Sequence record: NC_048779.1
Length of the DNA: 64,000 nt
Direction: 5' to 3' (one strand)
In this document: in pieces, positions 36,729-46,687 of the stretch
How positions within the stretch are numbered: the stretch's first letter is position 1
How the letters are laid out: each line of letters begins with the position of its first letter
Made by a program: the position numbers and the translations under genes
The notes under the pieces: generated by a model
What the model was told of the DNA's origin: nothing
The model's database searches: none
The model's input: only the letters and a program-made list of their open reading frames with translations

Positions 36729-39649
36729 TGAGTGGTGAACTAACCTTTGATGAATTAAACCGTATTGCTAACAACCCCGGTCGAGCTATTTCTCTGGTGT
36801 TGGATAGAACAGCGGAAGCGTTCGAAGGAAAGCGTGTGGCGTTCGAAAGTACGAGCCACCCTTTTGTTCGAGCATTAGACACAATCGTTTCTGAATCAGC
36901 GGGATTGATTAACCGTGTGGGTGACGTTGAATCTCGTTTGTACCGTGAACACGCTCGTAAACCATCGGACTTATTCCGACATATGAGTGATTATGAGTTC
37001 TTTGGGTTATTTGGTTATCCTAGTGAAGCCACGATACGTTACTCCCTCCCAGTGGATGAGATTCGTCGTTTATCCATTCCTTATGAAGAACAGTCCGGGA
37101 CAGTGATTAACCGTTATCGTAAATTGGTGATGCCAAAAGACACCATCATTGAAGTTTATGGCGTACCTTTCAATATCGTTCATCCGATTGAATTCCGTTT
37201 AATGGAAGCTGGTCATGTTCAGGTTGTATACGATACGAAAAGTCAACACCCGTTCTACGGTATCACGACTAACTCTTTAGACCGCCGTACCGTGAACATG
37301 GCAGGTCAAGAATACTTGTACGTCGATATTCCTGTCAAACAACTTAAAGGTGAGACCAAGCGTAAGATCGCCGTAACTCCTACCGCTGGTCTTAAAGAGA
37401 TCTTCCCTTATAAAGACAAACTATTCGGAGTGCGTGCTTGGTTAACCCCCGTGGGTGGCGCTACACGAGAAATCCGTATTGCTTACAATAATCAAGTCTT
37501 TAACCAGAACGAAGTTACGTTAACGGTAGACGTGGATCAAGACAACCAACAGTTCACTTACTCAATCCCAGAAGTTTACATTAATAACGGACGTGGGGTG
37601 GGTACGTTAACCCTAGTGGTTTATACGACCAAAGGAGCGTATGAGCAAGATCTTAAGACGTTACGTACGCAAACTCATACTGCAACGTTCTTAGACTTTG
37701 ATTACGGGTCTGATCAGTTGGGTCGTTACGAAGCACCTATTCGAGAAGTCAATAACGCAGCATGGGAAATCCAAACACCAGTTAGTGGTGGTAGCAGTCC
37801 TCGTAACTTCTTACAGATGAAGAGCGAAGCTATTAACAACAGTCGTCGTCAATCCATCCCTATCTCTGAAAACCAAATCAGTAGTTACTTGAATGCTTAC
37901 GGGTACAGTGCGACTAAGTTAATCGACATGTACACTAACCGTTTGTATCAATTAACCAGAGAACTTCCTAGCTACGCAGACGCTGAAAAGAAATCGGTTT
38001 CGGTTAACGCGTACATTGCTAAGGTGATGTACTCTTTGAATGAACTGAGAGACTCTGGTGTAGTTTACGATAACGACACTCGTGTAACTATTCCACCGGG
38101 TACGGTCTTTGAGGTTAATGACACGTCTACCCGTATTATCCCTGAGACACAGGTGAATCAAATCGGGACAATGACCACGGATGAGTTATTGGACTACGTT
38201 AATGACCGCATGTTGGTTTACACGCCGTTCCATAACGTATTGGACACCACCAGTGGAACCGTCAAGGTTCGTCCTTATTTACTGGACAAACCGAAATACG
38301 ATAACCAAAACTTTTTGTATGAGAAAGAAACTTTGGGTGTTGAGCTCAGTGTGACCTCGATCTCAGTTGAACATAAAGACAACGGTTACCGTATCGTGAT
38401 GGTAACTCGTGGTGATGACGCGTACAAAACCATGCCCGATGAAAAGGTGGGTGCTCAGCTTTACTTTACCCCTGCTGACTCTAATGAGATCGCCACCCTA
38501 AAAGGTAAAGTGTTGGGTCGTAACGAAGAACAAGATCGTGTTTGGGAATTCACTTTGGAGTCTAACTTCGATGTGGACGTTCGTGACATGTTGAGTTTCA
38601 CAAACATGAATATGTTTGGTCGTCCAGCAAATGAAGTCCACGCCAACCTGAAGACTGACATTAAGGTAATGTTCCTAGTGGAAGCGTCAGAAGGTGAGAA
38701 ACCCACAGAACAAGATCTTCGTATCGACGCTGTGCTGTTTGGTTCCAATAAGACTTGTTTGATCGAAGTCGGTTATGACGTGGTGTTCGGTAAAGCGTTA
38801 AATAACCTTTACCATCGCGCTCATCCGGTATTGGGTGAAGAGCAATACCAACGTTACGATGAAGACGTTTACGAGACTTGGCCTGAAAACCGATTTAAGC
38901 GTAACCCGGACAACACCTACGTTATTGAAGACGGAAAGCTGGTATTGGAACATAAAGCTGGTGACCCGATGCTGAACGATGACGGTGACCCGATTATCTT
39001 GCATTACAAAAACTCACTGGTTCGTGATGACGATGGTAACCCAATCAAACTGGGTGGTGGTGAGCTCAAGTATTACATGGATTTCGTAACGTTCGATGGG
39101 AACTTCTGGTTCTCTAACGACCAATATGACTTGGACTTCGCCGATCGTACTAAAGAGTACATCACAGATGTCGTTATGCAGGACATGGCGAACTTTAGCA
39201 GCCAGATGCGAGATAAGACTGAACTGATGTTCTCACCGAAAGTGAAACTTGGTTTGATCGATGTCGTGATCAACTCTCAGTTCGAAACGAAGGTAAGAGC
39301 GGACTTGTCGTTCAACGTGGTTTACTACTTAACTCCTGCGGGGATTCGTAGTGACACCATACGTCCGGCACTGAAGACTTTGACGTCTAATGTTATTAAC
39401 GAGATGTTAAAGAACTCTACCGTTTCCAACAATGATATCCTTCGAGCGTTGAAAGACACATTACCAAGTGATGTTGTGGATGTTCGTCTTAACGCATTGG
39501 CGGACGACACCGAGATTGATGTTGTATCCAACATGGATACCACAACGAGTTTCTCTGTTCGCAAACGTTTGGAAAACACAGGTGACGGTGTAGCGAGTGT
39601 TAAAGAAGCTATCTCTTACGCATTCCTACCACACTTTAAAAATAAATAA
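36710..39649 (+). CDS. Baseplate wedge protein (T4 gp6-like; phiKZ gp87 position)
   Basis: 979 aa. SGGSSPRNFLQMKSEAINNSRRQSIPISENQI resembles the GG...E....R....Q.R.V...D baseplate-J/gp6 motif. The start is probably the second Met (36728). Confidence 0.55.
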   Translation: MVGEELMSGELTFDELNRIANNPGRAISLVLDRTAEAFEGKRVAFESTSHPFVRALDTIVSESAGLINRVGDVESRLYREHARKPSDLFRHMSDYEFFGLFGYPSEATIRYSLPVDEIRRLSIPYEEQSGTVINRYRKLVMPKDTIIEVYGVPFNIVHPIEFRLMEAGHVQVVYDTKSQHPFYGITTNSLDRRTVNMAGQEYLYVDIPVKQLKGETKRKIAVTPTAGLKEIFPYKDKLFGVRAWLTPVGGATREIRIAYNNQVFNQNEVTLTVDVDQDNQQFTYSIPEVYINNGRGVGTLTLVVYTTKGAYEQDLKTLRTQTHTATFLDFDYGSDQLGRYEAPIREVNNAAWEIQTPVSGGSSPRNFLQMKSEAINNSRRQSIPISENQISSYLNAYGYSATKLIDMYTNRLYQLTRELPSYADAEKKSVSVNAYIAKVMYSLNELRDSGVVYDNDTRVTIPPGTVFEVNDTSTRIIPETQVNQIGTMTTDELLDYVNDRMLVYTPFHNVLDTTSGTVKVRPYLLDKPKYDNQNFLYEKETLGVELSVTSISVEHKDNGYRIVMVTRGDDAYKTMPDEKVGAQLYFTPADSNEIATLKGKVLGRNEEQDRVWEFTLESNFDVDVRDMLSFTNMNMFGRPANEVHANLKTDIKVMFLVEASEGEKPTEQDLRIDAVLFGSNKTCLIEVGYDVVFGKALNNLYHRAHPVLGEEQYQRYDEDVYETWPENRFKRNPDNTYVIEDGKLVLEHKAGDPMLNDDGDPIILHYKNSLVRDDDGNPIKLGGGELKYYMDFVTFDGNFWFSNDQYDLDFADRTKEYITDVVMQDMANFSSQMRDKTELMFSPKVKLGLIDVVINSQFETKVRADLSFNVVYYLTPAGIRSDTIRPALKTLTSNVINEMLKNSTVSNNDILRALKDTLPSDVVDVRLNALADDTEIDVVSNMDTTTSFSVRKRLENTGDGVASVKEAISYAFLPHFKNK

Positions 39650-39653
39650 ACAT

Positions 39654-39687
39654 AAGTACTCCTTCCCCAAATGGGGAAGGAGTACTT
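39654..39687. terminator. Bidirectional terminator
   Basis: 16-bp inverted repeat between convergent genes. Confidence 0.85.
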
Positions 39688-39695
39688 TATATTGT

Positions 39696-40418
39696 TTACT
39701 TTGGATCCAACTTATCAAGTTGCTCCGGCGTCAGTTCCAGACGCGCAACCCCAAATTCAGTGACGCGCTCTACTAGAGCTTGTAACGAATGGATGGCGTA
39801 CTGTAGACGTTCAGTATCCCAAGTGAGTGACCACAGGTGAAGACCTTTTGTAGAATCACGACGAGTCAGTTCGAACAAGTCGTCTTTTACGTTCTCTAAC
39901 GAATACATGTTAGAAAGGTAATCAGCATCCGGTTCAATCTTAGACCACTCGATAGGGCCGTAAAACCCTTCTTGGAAGTATTTCTGGAAACGCGCCACAT
40001 CACGACTTAAACACACCGCCTTATGACTGTTGGTTTGAGTGCGATCACGATTAAGCTCATCCAGTGTGTACTTGAGCATGTTCTCCGCTAGATGGTAGTA
40101 CTCTTTGATCAGCGCACGACCTTGGTCTAGTTGAGTCAAGGAAATGTAACCGTTGTTGCTACGGAGTTTGACGCATTGGCGGAACGTATCACCATTGACA
40201 TGAGAAGCTTGCATGGTTGCGTACAACTTTAACTCACGAACCTCAGATGGAAGTGCTTGAGCGAATTTAGCCATCTCCATTAAGGTTTGATACCCAATAG
40301 GTTGGTCTAGAGTTGCCTTTAACTCTTTCACCTTTTCATTGAACTCAATGACTTCGGCTTCCCATTTACGGACACGCTTACGGATGTCTTTGTACGAGCT
40401 ATTAATCTCACGAATCAT
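39696..40418 (-). CDS. Hypothetical protein
   Basis: 240 aa; 4-nt overlap with the upstream gene. Confidence 0.7.
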   Translation of the reverse strand: MIREINSSYKDIRKRVRKWEAEVIEFNEKVKELKATLDQPIGYQTLMEMAKFAQALPSEVRELKLYATMQASHVNGDTFRQCVKLRSNNGYISLTQLDQGRALIKEYYHLAENMLKYTLDELNRDRTQTNSHKAVCLSRDVARFQKYFQEGFYGPIEWSKIEPDADYLSNMYSLENVKDDLFELTRRDSTKGLHLWSLTWDTERLQYAIHSLQALVERVTEFGVARLELTPEQLDKLDPK

Positions 40419-41881
40419 TTTACCGTTACCCCCGCATTAAGTTTACGTGACAAACGGTTCATTTGATCTTTCAGTCTAGGGAACATGCGTTCGTAAGCAG
40501 CGCGCCATACACGTTCAGTCTTATCCAGACCGTCTTCTGCTACGGAATCAATCCCCGCGCCATCAAACGATTTACCGGTTTCCTTTTCGATCTCTTTTAT
40601 CTTTTCTTCGCGATTAGTCGCATTAGATAAAGAGTAAACGTTTAAGATCAACTGGTAACGTTGTGCCCACTCTGCAACGTACTTGATTTCTTCGGTATAA
40701 CGTACCGCCGTTTCAACACAGATACGGAGTGTTTTAACGTAATCAGAACAACGTGCAACAAAATCACGGTAAACCGCAACAGGACGTGGAGAACCTAACG
40801 CATTACCAATCGTAGTAAAGAAATCCAGATCACTCATAGAAACAACCTGATCGAGTTCTTTAAGGTCAGATGCCTTAATAGCGATATCGAACTCACCCGG
40901 GTTTTGAGCAACCATATCGCGCATTGCGTTACCTTGTTGAGCAAAGGCAGCAAAGTCTTTAACTGATAGCTCTTCTTTAGCCAGCTCTTGATTTTTACGA
41001 AGGGTCTCGTAAAACTCAGCAAAGCGTTCTTCTGCTTGTACAGTGTCACTGAGTTCTTGATCCAGTGATACAACAGACGCCAGTTTAGAGAACGATGCTT
41101 TCAGTTTGTGAGGTTGTAAGTTTTGTGCAACAAGGTCACTGACTTGGGCTTCCCACAAAGTAACGTCTTCTAAAGTAAGAGAGTTCTCTTTAAAACGTTT
41201 ACGGATGTGGGCGACTGACTTATCAAACTGATCTTTCACTCGACGTGCACTGAATTCTTGTGAGTTCAATGAAAGGATCAGCTCTTTGATTTGAGGCGAT
41301 GATTCAGATAACTTAGCCGCTGCTTCGATAACCGTTTTGTTACGGTCTCTTAACATACGCACAACCGACACACGACGTGCCACAACTTTATCTTTACCAA
41401 AGAGTTCCTCCACATTAGGGATGAGCATGGACGGTCCACCGAGCTCCATAAGCTTGGCTTCAATCTCACGCATCATCTCTTCCGTTTTCTGGATCTCTCG
41501 GATGTCGCTAAAGTAAGTCGTGAACTGACGAACTTTCTCCGTCAACCAACGCGCAGCATCTGCGATCATTTTGATGACTTTCTTAACAAACTCAGCAGCA
41601 CCTTTCACGATGCTTTGCAGAAAAGACTCACCGCCCAATACACCGTTCAACTCTGTACATCCCGGTTCGAAACGTTCTTGACCTGCGACGTTTTGAGCTT
41701 GCAATGCTTTCTTACTCAACTTACCTGTAGATAGGTACTCAGCAATGGCTTTCGTTTCTTCTTCTGTTGCTTTGTCATCGTAATGGTCGTCAAGGTCTAT
41801 GATTTGACGATCGTCAGTCAGATTTACACCGGAAGTCGAGTCGGTACCCATGGAAATGAAATTCGGGGACTTACTCATCAC
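40415..41881 (-). CDS. Putative internal head protein (phiKZ gp86 position)
   Basis: AGQERF and LGGESFLQSIVK junction like the paralog family; coiled-coil rich. Confidence 0.55.
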   Translation of the reverse strand: MMSKSPNFISMGTDSTSGVNLTDDRQIIDLDDHYDDKATEEETKAIAEYLSTGKLSKKALQAQNVAGQERFEPGCTELNGVLGGESFLQSIVKGAAEFVKKVIKMIADAARWLTEKVRQFTTYFSDIREIQKTEEMMREIEAKLMELGGPSMLIPNVEELFGKDKVVARRVSVVRMLRDRNKTVIEAAAKLSESSPQIKELILSLNSQEFSARRVKDQFDKSVAHIRKRFKENSLTLEDVTLWEAQVSDLVAQNLQPHKLKASFSKLASVVSLDQELSDTVQAEERFAEFYETLRKNQELAKEELSVKDFAAFAQQGNAMRDMVAQNPGEFDIAIKASDLKELDQVVSMSDLDFFTTIGNALGSPRPVAVYRDFVARCSDYVKTLRICVETAVRYTEEIKYVAEWAQRYQLILNVYSLSNATNREEKIKEIEKETGKSFDGAGIDSVAEDGLDKTERVWRAAYERMFPRLKDQMNRLSRKLNAGVTVK

Positions 41882-41888
41882 GTGCTCC

Positions 41889-42299
41889 TTATCGGTTATC
41901 TTCGATTAGCTCAGTTAACAAACAACGGAACAGTTCTTTGTATTCCGGTAACTCCATTAGGTTGATGTCCAGTTCATCCAGCCCGACTTCGATAGGGCGG
42001 AAGTCACAACCCGCTAGCGCTTGGTTGTAAAGGCGTTGGATCGCACCACCAACAGAGTTGATCACATGACGGTGATTGATAGGAGAAACTTCATTCCATT
42101 TCTCTACCGCTTTATGGATGTCTTCACGAACGGATTCAGACAGTCCCGCGCCTTCAACACCGCTTTTAGCATGAGCGTAAGCAACCGAAGCACGAATCAT
42201 AGCAGACTCTACGATCAATGCTTGAACAGATGGACTTGGTGCTAGATCTTTTTCTGCTAACACTGTATTTAATTTAATGACTTTACTTAGGTGTGACAT
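41889..42299 (-). CDS. Small putative virion protein
   Basis: 136 aa with SGVEG; lies in the head operon. Confidence 0.55.
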   Translation of the reverse strand: MSHLSKVIKLNTVLAEKDLAPSPSVQALIVESAMIRASVAYAHAKSGVEGAGLSESVREDIHKAVEKWNEVSPINHRHVINSVGGAIQRLYNQALAGCDFRPIEVGLDELDINLMELPEYKELFRCLLTELIEDNR

Positions 42300-42300
42300 G

Positions 42301-43629
42301 TCACGCTCCTGTACCTAAAAGTTGAACTTTGTTGTTGACTAGGGACATCTCGTTATTCAAGATGATTTTAGTGTAGTGCTCCAAGGCATCATAGCGTGGA
42401 GAACCTTCAGAGGAAAACCAAGTGAACAAACGCTGTACCGCAGTGTCTTCAAAGAACGGTTTCGCTTCTTTGACGATCTTAAGGTTTTGATCTAACTCGT
42501 TTAACATCTTACGTTTATCTGATGAAGATAACGTTTTAGATTGTTTGAGTCGTTGGATTTGTTCTTGGAAGATATTCAGCAGACGACGGTATGGTGTGTC
42601 GTAGATATCAGAACTCATGGTGACGTTAAAGAACATCAGACCGAACACCATACATGAGATGAAGAACGCCGCAACGATAGGACCTACCATTGGGGCAACA
42701 CTCCCTACGATGACCGCAGTCATAAGAGAACCCATCGCGGTGCCGAATATTGCTTCTTTAAAGAAGCTGTTGTTTAACTCATGAGTGCCTTCCAGCAGAG
42801 CTTTATCACAACCCATACGGACAGCATAAACATCCGCCAGCACTTCAGAGTTCATCAAATCCACGCCGAGAGAACGGGAGTTCATTTGAGTGCGTTGCTG
42901 ACCAAGTTTCAATAGACTGGTTACGATGATTTCTTGGTTACCAGACTCAGCAATTTTCTCTAAGTCTTTCACTTGCTTTTGGTCAATCTCCATGATACGT
43001 AGAGTATCTTTAAAGATTGCAATTTCACTTTGACCGTGAGCCGAATTACTTAGGAAGTGAATCGCAGAAGTGATCGCGTAAGAATCTACCAAAGTACGGT
43101 GGATCGAAAACACACCAGAGAACGCATGACCGATTTCATGTGTAATGAAAGCTACTAGACGTTCTGCCATTTCTCTTGGTGTTTTTAATTCCATGAAATC
43201 CGTGAGGTTGAAGTTAATGTAGATCTCAAACGGCATGGTCGCATAAGCACCACCAACTTTACCTGTGCGGAAGTCGATCGTACCACGCATCAAGTTACTT
43301 TGGTTTTGTGTGAACCAACGATAAAGGTTGGTCTGGGACTTAGGTAAGAACAATTCAATGTCTTTACTATTTAGGATATTCCCGGGAGAAACATAACCTG
43401 CGTCAATCGCTAAGTTAGCGTAATCGATTAGGTTAAAGTTAAAGTTTTCAAACCCCGTGTAATCTTTGATAACTTCTAACATACCCGTAGGAAGGTCTGA
43501 AAGTTGACCGTCCTCGATAACCGGTTCAAACAAAGCAACCATTTTGTTAAAGAAATCACGAGATTGGAAATCCATAAACTCTAATCCCGCAACTTGAACC
43601 GGCGGGTTAAGAAATTTGTTATTGATCAT
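42301..43629 (-). CDS. Putative virion zincin metallopeptidase (M48-like) with transmembrane helices
   Basis: FITHEIGHAF (HExxH), NSEVLADVYA (E..AD third ligand), a hydrophobic stretch AIFG...FFNV, and N-terminal AGLE-F. Confidence 0.6.
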   Translation of the reverse strand: MINNKFLNPPVQVAGLEFMDFQSRDFFNKMVALFEPVIEDGQLSDLPTGMLEVIKDYTGFENFNFNLIDYANLAIDAGYVSPGNILNSKDIELFLPKSQTNLYRWFTQNQSNLMRGTIDFRTGKVGGAYATMPFEIYINFNLTDFMELKTPREMAERLVAFITHEIGHAFSGVFSIHRTLVDSYAITSAIHFLSNSAHGQSEIAIFKDTLRIMEIDQKQVKDLEKIAESGNQEIIVTSLLKLGQQRTQMNSRSLGVDLMNSEVLADVYAVRMGCDKALLEGTHELNNSFFKEAIFGTAMGSLMTAVIVGSVAPMVGPIVAAFFISCMVFGLMFFNVTMSSDIYDTPYRRLLNIFQEQIQRLKQSKTLSSSDKRKMLNELDQNLKIVKEAKPFFEDTAVQRLFTWFSSEGSPRYDALEHYTKIILNNEMSLVNNKVQLLGTGA

Positions 43630-43712
43630 ATGTGGATTACCTTTTTAAATTTACTACAATGCGCATTATACTAGACCTAATAGAATCCAGTCATAAAATG
43701 AGGAAGGCTGAA

Positions 43713-45479
43713 ATGGATTATAGTTACACGCCGCCTTCGAGCGAATCCCCTGTTAAAGGAAAAGTGTGTAAACACGCGGTATATGTTCCGTCGAAACGAG
43801 ATCCTCTTAAGGACATGACGTTTATTAAGCAAACCACCATCCACGAGAATGGTGACCGCACAAATCAGTTTTTAAAAGTGGCTGACTATGTTAGAGACTT
43901 TTATATCGTAAAAGAAAAATACCGAAAGTTTAATCAAAAGAAAGACTACATTGATAAGCGTTTAGTTAAAAAATACCGTTCTACTCAAGCTCGATTAGCG
44001 ATGAGCATTAAACGTGTTTTGTACGGGATCAATGACCGAGGTGCTGACTTGCTAATGGTTAAATCCAACCCTTATGTCTTTGGTTGTGAATCCTCAGTCC
44101 CGGTACTGATCAAACGTAAGTATTTTGAACGTTATCCTGATTACCAAGAAACCGAAGCTGCGACTCTGGCCGCATACGACGTAGAGACCGATATGGTCAA
44201 TGGTGATGGTGAAGACGTTATTATGGCTTCCACCACGATGAAAGAGAAAATCTTTTTCTCTGTGGTTCGTAGTTTCTTCGAGGGAATGAAAGATGAAGAC
44301 ATTCTAAAGGGATTAAAGAAAGCTGAAGAAGAACTCATCGGTGAACGTCTGCGTAAACGTAATGCTGAAGTTCATTACAATTTAGTTGACGATCAAGCAG
44401 AGTGTGTCGAAAACAACATCAAAGTTTGGCACATGTGGGAACCAGACTTTATCTCTTCGTGGAACGCGTCCTACGATATGCAGCGTAACGAACACGCGCT
44501 TATTATGGGTGGTCGTGACTTAGAAGAGGTTTATACTGACCCATCTATTCCTCGTGAGTTCCGTTACTACAAATACGACAAAGGTCGTACTCATAAACGT
44601 AAAGAAAACGGTGACTCTCAACCGCTTGAGTGGCAAGAACAATTTCCTACCGTTCGTGCTGCTGCCAAATGGCAATGGTTAGACGGTGCAAGTTTCTATG
44701 CAATTAAAAACGCACCTAAGGGTAAGAAAGAATCTTACTCATTGGAATACACTGCTCAAGACAACGGTATCGAGGGTAAGCTTTACACGGACAAAGGTTC
44801 TCATCTAACACAAGGTAAAGGTGCTTGGCACCGTTGGATGCAAAAGTACGCTAAGTTCGAATACTGTATGTACAACATCTCTGATAACTTAGTTATTGAA
44901 GAGATGGATGAGAAAACAAACGACGTTGCACTTAACTTACCTTTGCTATTGAAATCCACTGAGTTCTTTGATTACCCATCGCAACCAAAATGTATCTCTA
45001 ACGAACTTTCGTTCATCGCGGAAGAGAACGGTTACATTTGGGGAACTAAAGGTAGAGGTTCTAAAGACGACCCAGATAAGAAACTGGACGTCCATAAACC
45101 TACCTTGGGTGATTGGATAGCACTGTTAGAAACAGAGAAAAACGCGGATAATGGTAAAGCGGTATTTATCGGGATGCCGGGCATACGTTCCCGAGGTCGG
45201 GGTCTTACTGATGACATCGACGTAGAGGGGGCTTATCCTACTGCAACCGTGGCTTTGAACATCTCCAACAAAACTACCAAGATCGAAGCTTGTGCGATTC
45301 AAGGTTTGAATCCACTACAGTTCCGTGAAGTAGGGGTTAACTACGCATCTTCTCCAAAAGCCAATGCGGTGTCACTATGTACGACCTTACATCGTTTCCC
45401 TAGCTATGAAGAAATGGATGAGTTGTTCCCAGAGCTTTACGAAGAAGAATTCGGTGTACCACTTCCGATGGCAGCATAA
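43713..45479 (+). CDS. Family B DNA polymerase, N-terminal subunit with 3'-5' exonuclease (phiKZ gp82-like)
   Basis: Exo I YDVETD, Exo II SWNASYD, Exo III YNISD and polymerase region II DDIDVEGAYPT..ALNIS. Start moved from 43632 to ATG 43713 (AGGAAGG upstream). Confidence 0.8.
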   Translation: MDYSYTPPSSESPVKGKVCKHAVYVPSKRDPLKDMTFIKQTTIHENGDRTNQFLKVADYVRDFYIVKEKYRKFNQKKDYIDKRLVKKYRSTQARLAMSIKRVLYGINDRGADLLMVKSNPYVFGCESSVPVLIKRKYFERYPDYQETEAATLAAYDVETDMVNGDGEDVIMASTTMKEKIFFSVVRSFFEGMKDEDILKGLKKAEEELIGERLRKRNAEVHYNLVDDQAECVENNIKVWHMWEPDFISSWNASYDMQRNEHALIMGGRDLEEVYTDPSIPREFRYYKYDKGRTHKRKENGDSQPLEWQEQFPTVRAAAKWQWLDGASFYAIKNAPKGKKESYSLEYTAQDNGIEGKLYTDKGSHLTQGKGAWHRWMQKYAKFEYCMYNISDNLVIEEMDEKTNDVALNLPLLLKSTEFFDYPSQPKCISNELSFIAEENGYIWGTKGRGSKDDPDKKLDVHKPTLGDWIALLETEKNADNGKAVFIGMPGIRSRGRGLTDDIDVEGAYPTATVALNISNKTTKIEACAIQGLNPLQFREVGVNYASSPKANAVSLCTTLHRFPSYEEMDELFPELYEEEFGVPLPMAA

Positions 45480-45501
45480 AGAAAAAAAAAATAAGAGAAC
45501 A

Positions 45502-45533
45502 AACTCCTGCTACCCAGATGGGTAGCAGGAGTT
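45502..45533. terminator. Bidirectional terminator
   Basis: 15-bp inverted repeat between convergent genes, flanked by A/T runs. Confidence 0.85.
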
Positions 45534-45542
45534 ATATTTATT

Positions 45543-45902
45543 TTAGTCTTCTGGTGTTAGACCAGTTACTTCTTCGATTACGCTAGCAATCTCTTCTGCA
45601 TCTGCTTCGTCTTCTGCTTCTTTAGATAGCAGAGTACCGATGCCTTTAAATACACCTGATAACACAGTACCACCGATAACCGCACCTGCGAATGTCAGTG
45701 CTGCATCTGAGTACGTGTACTCTTGCTCTTCATTCTCTGCTACTTCTGGAACTAGTGCGCTTGCTGCTAGTGCCGCGGTACCTGAGATCGCGTGGTAAAG
45801 TGCGATGCCTCGAGAATCAAATGCTTTCTCTGCTACTGCTGTGTTAACTACTGTTGCTGCGCCGATAGCTAGACGGTATTTGTTTGCTGCTGAAATTTCC
45901 AT
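45543..45902 (-). CDS. Small putative membrane protein with acidic tail
   Basis: Ala/Gly-rich hydrophobic helices (ALTFAGAVIGGTVLSGVFKGIG); own promoter motif and terminator. Confidence 0.7.
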   Translation of the reverse strand: MEISAANKYRLAIGAATVVNTAVAEKAFDSRGIALYHAISGTAALAASALVPEVAENEEQEYTYSDAALTFAGAVIGGTVLSGVFKGIGTLLSKEAEDEADAEEIASVIEEVTGLTPED

Positions 45903-45969
45903 GATAGTGTTCCTTATAAAAGGTTAGTTAAATTAAGTTTGATGTATATACCTATGTCTATACACCTAG

Positions 45970-45986
45970 ACTATATAGATCTGAAA
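45970..45986 (-). promoter_or_regulatory. Putative early promoter TTTCA-GATCT-ATATAGT
   Basis: Variant of the recurrent motif about 70 nt upstream of ATG 45902. Confidence 0.45.
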
Positions 45987-46006
45987 TAATCTGTATGTTA
46001 AAAAAT

Positions 46007-46038
46007 AAACTCTCCTGCCCGTTAAGGCAGGAGAGTTT
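46007..46038 (-). terminator. Intrinsic terminator
   Basis: 13-bp stem aaactctcctgcc/ggcaggagagttt with a minus-strand T run. Confidence 0.8.
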
Positions 46039-46053
46039 AACTTACTGACGTTG

Positions 46054-46632
46054 TTAACTGTAGACTCGGTTAAAGTAGTTTTGTAGGTTTTGTGCTACTT
46101 TAGGATGGTAACCTTTCGTTAACATCACAATATCCACTTGACGACCAACACGTTGACGATCTTTCAAATTACGACCTAGAGTCACAATCGCTGAAAGTAA
46201 TGCGATGTGTTTTTGCAAATAGATGTCATTCTTAGCGACCTTTACTTCAGGATGCATCGTGTGGACAAACAGGCGGTCCATAGAGAACGCTTTAGGTTCT
46301 AGACGAACACGGTTAACCAATTTATCCATAACGGTTGAGAACACGTCGTACGGCTGTTTAATCAACTCATCCATGGCTGCCATGAATTCCAGTTGTTCTT
46401 TACCGTAGTTTTCACTCGGTACGTTACGACGGTCTGCTAGCAACATAATGAATTTGTCAATGCGTTCATTCAAAATTGCTACTGCTGGTTCTTCACCTGC
46501 ATCAAACTTCTCAGATTCTTCTGCTAGGTGAACTTCTTCTTTAGTTTCGACTACTGGTTTTTCAACTTGGTCGAACGTTTGTTCTTCTTTAGGTGGGGTG
46601 TATTTACCCATGACGATAACTCCTTTGTTCAT
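46054..46632 (-). CDS. Hypothetical protein
   Basis: 192 aa ORF; the real start may be MGKYT after AAGGAG. Confidence 0.75.
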   Translation of the reverse strand: MNKGVIVMGKYTPPKEEQTFDQVEKPVVETKEEVHLAEESEKFDAGEEPAVAILNERIDKFIMLLADRRNVPSENYGKEQLEFMAAMDELIKQPYDVFSTVMDKLVNRVRLEPKAFSMDRLFVHTMHPEVKVAKNDIYLQKHIALLSAIVTLGRNLKDRQRVGRQVDIVMLTKGYHPKVAQNLQNYFNRVYS

Positions 46633-46687
46633 TTGGAAGAGACATAGGATTGCAAAAAAGATGCCCGCCCATCAGGACGGACATCAA

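Noticed and set aside
43632-43712. N-terminal extension of the DNA polymerase ORF
   Set aside because: It would fill the whole divergent promoter gap. A good SD precedes ATG 43713.
4707-46650. TATG late-promoter cores upstream of several structural genes (e.g. 20407, 43693, 46645)
   Set aside because: A 4-mer in AT-rich intergenic DNA is expected by chance, so it cannot be supported without TSS data. It is mentioned only where tied to another structure.
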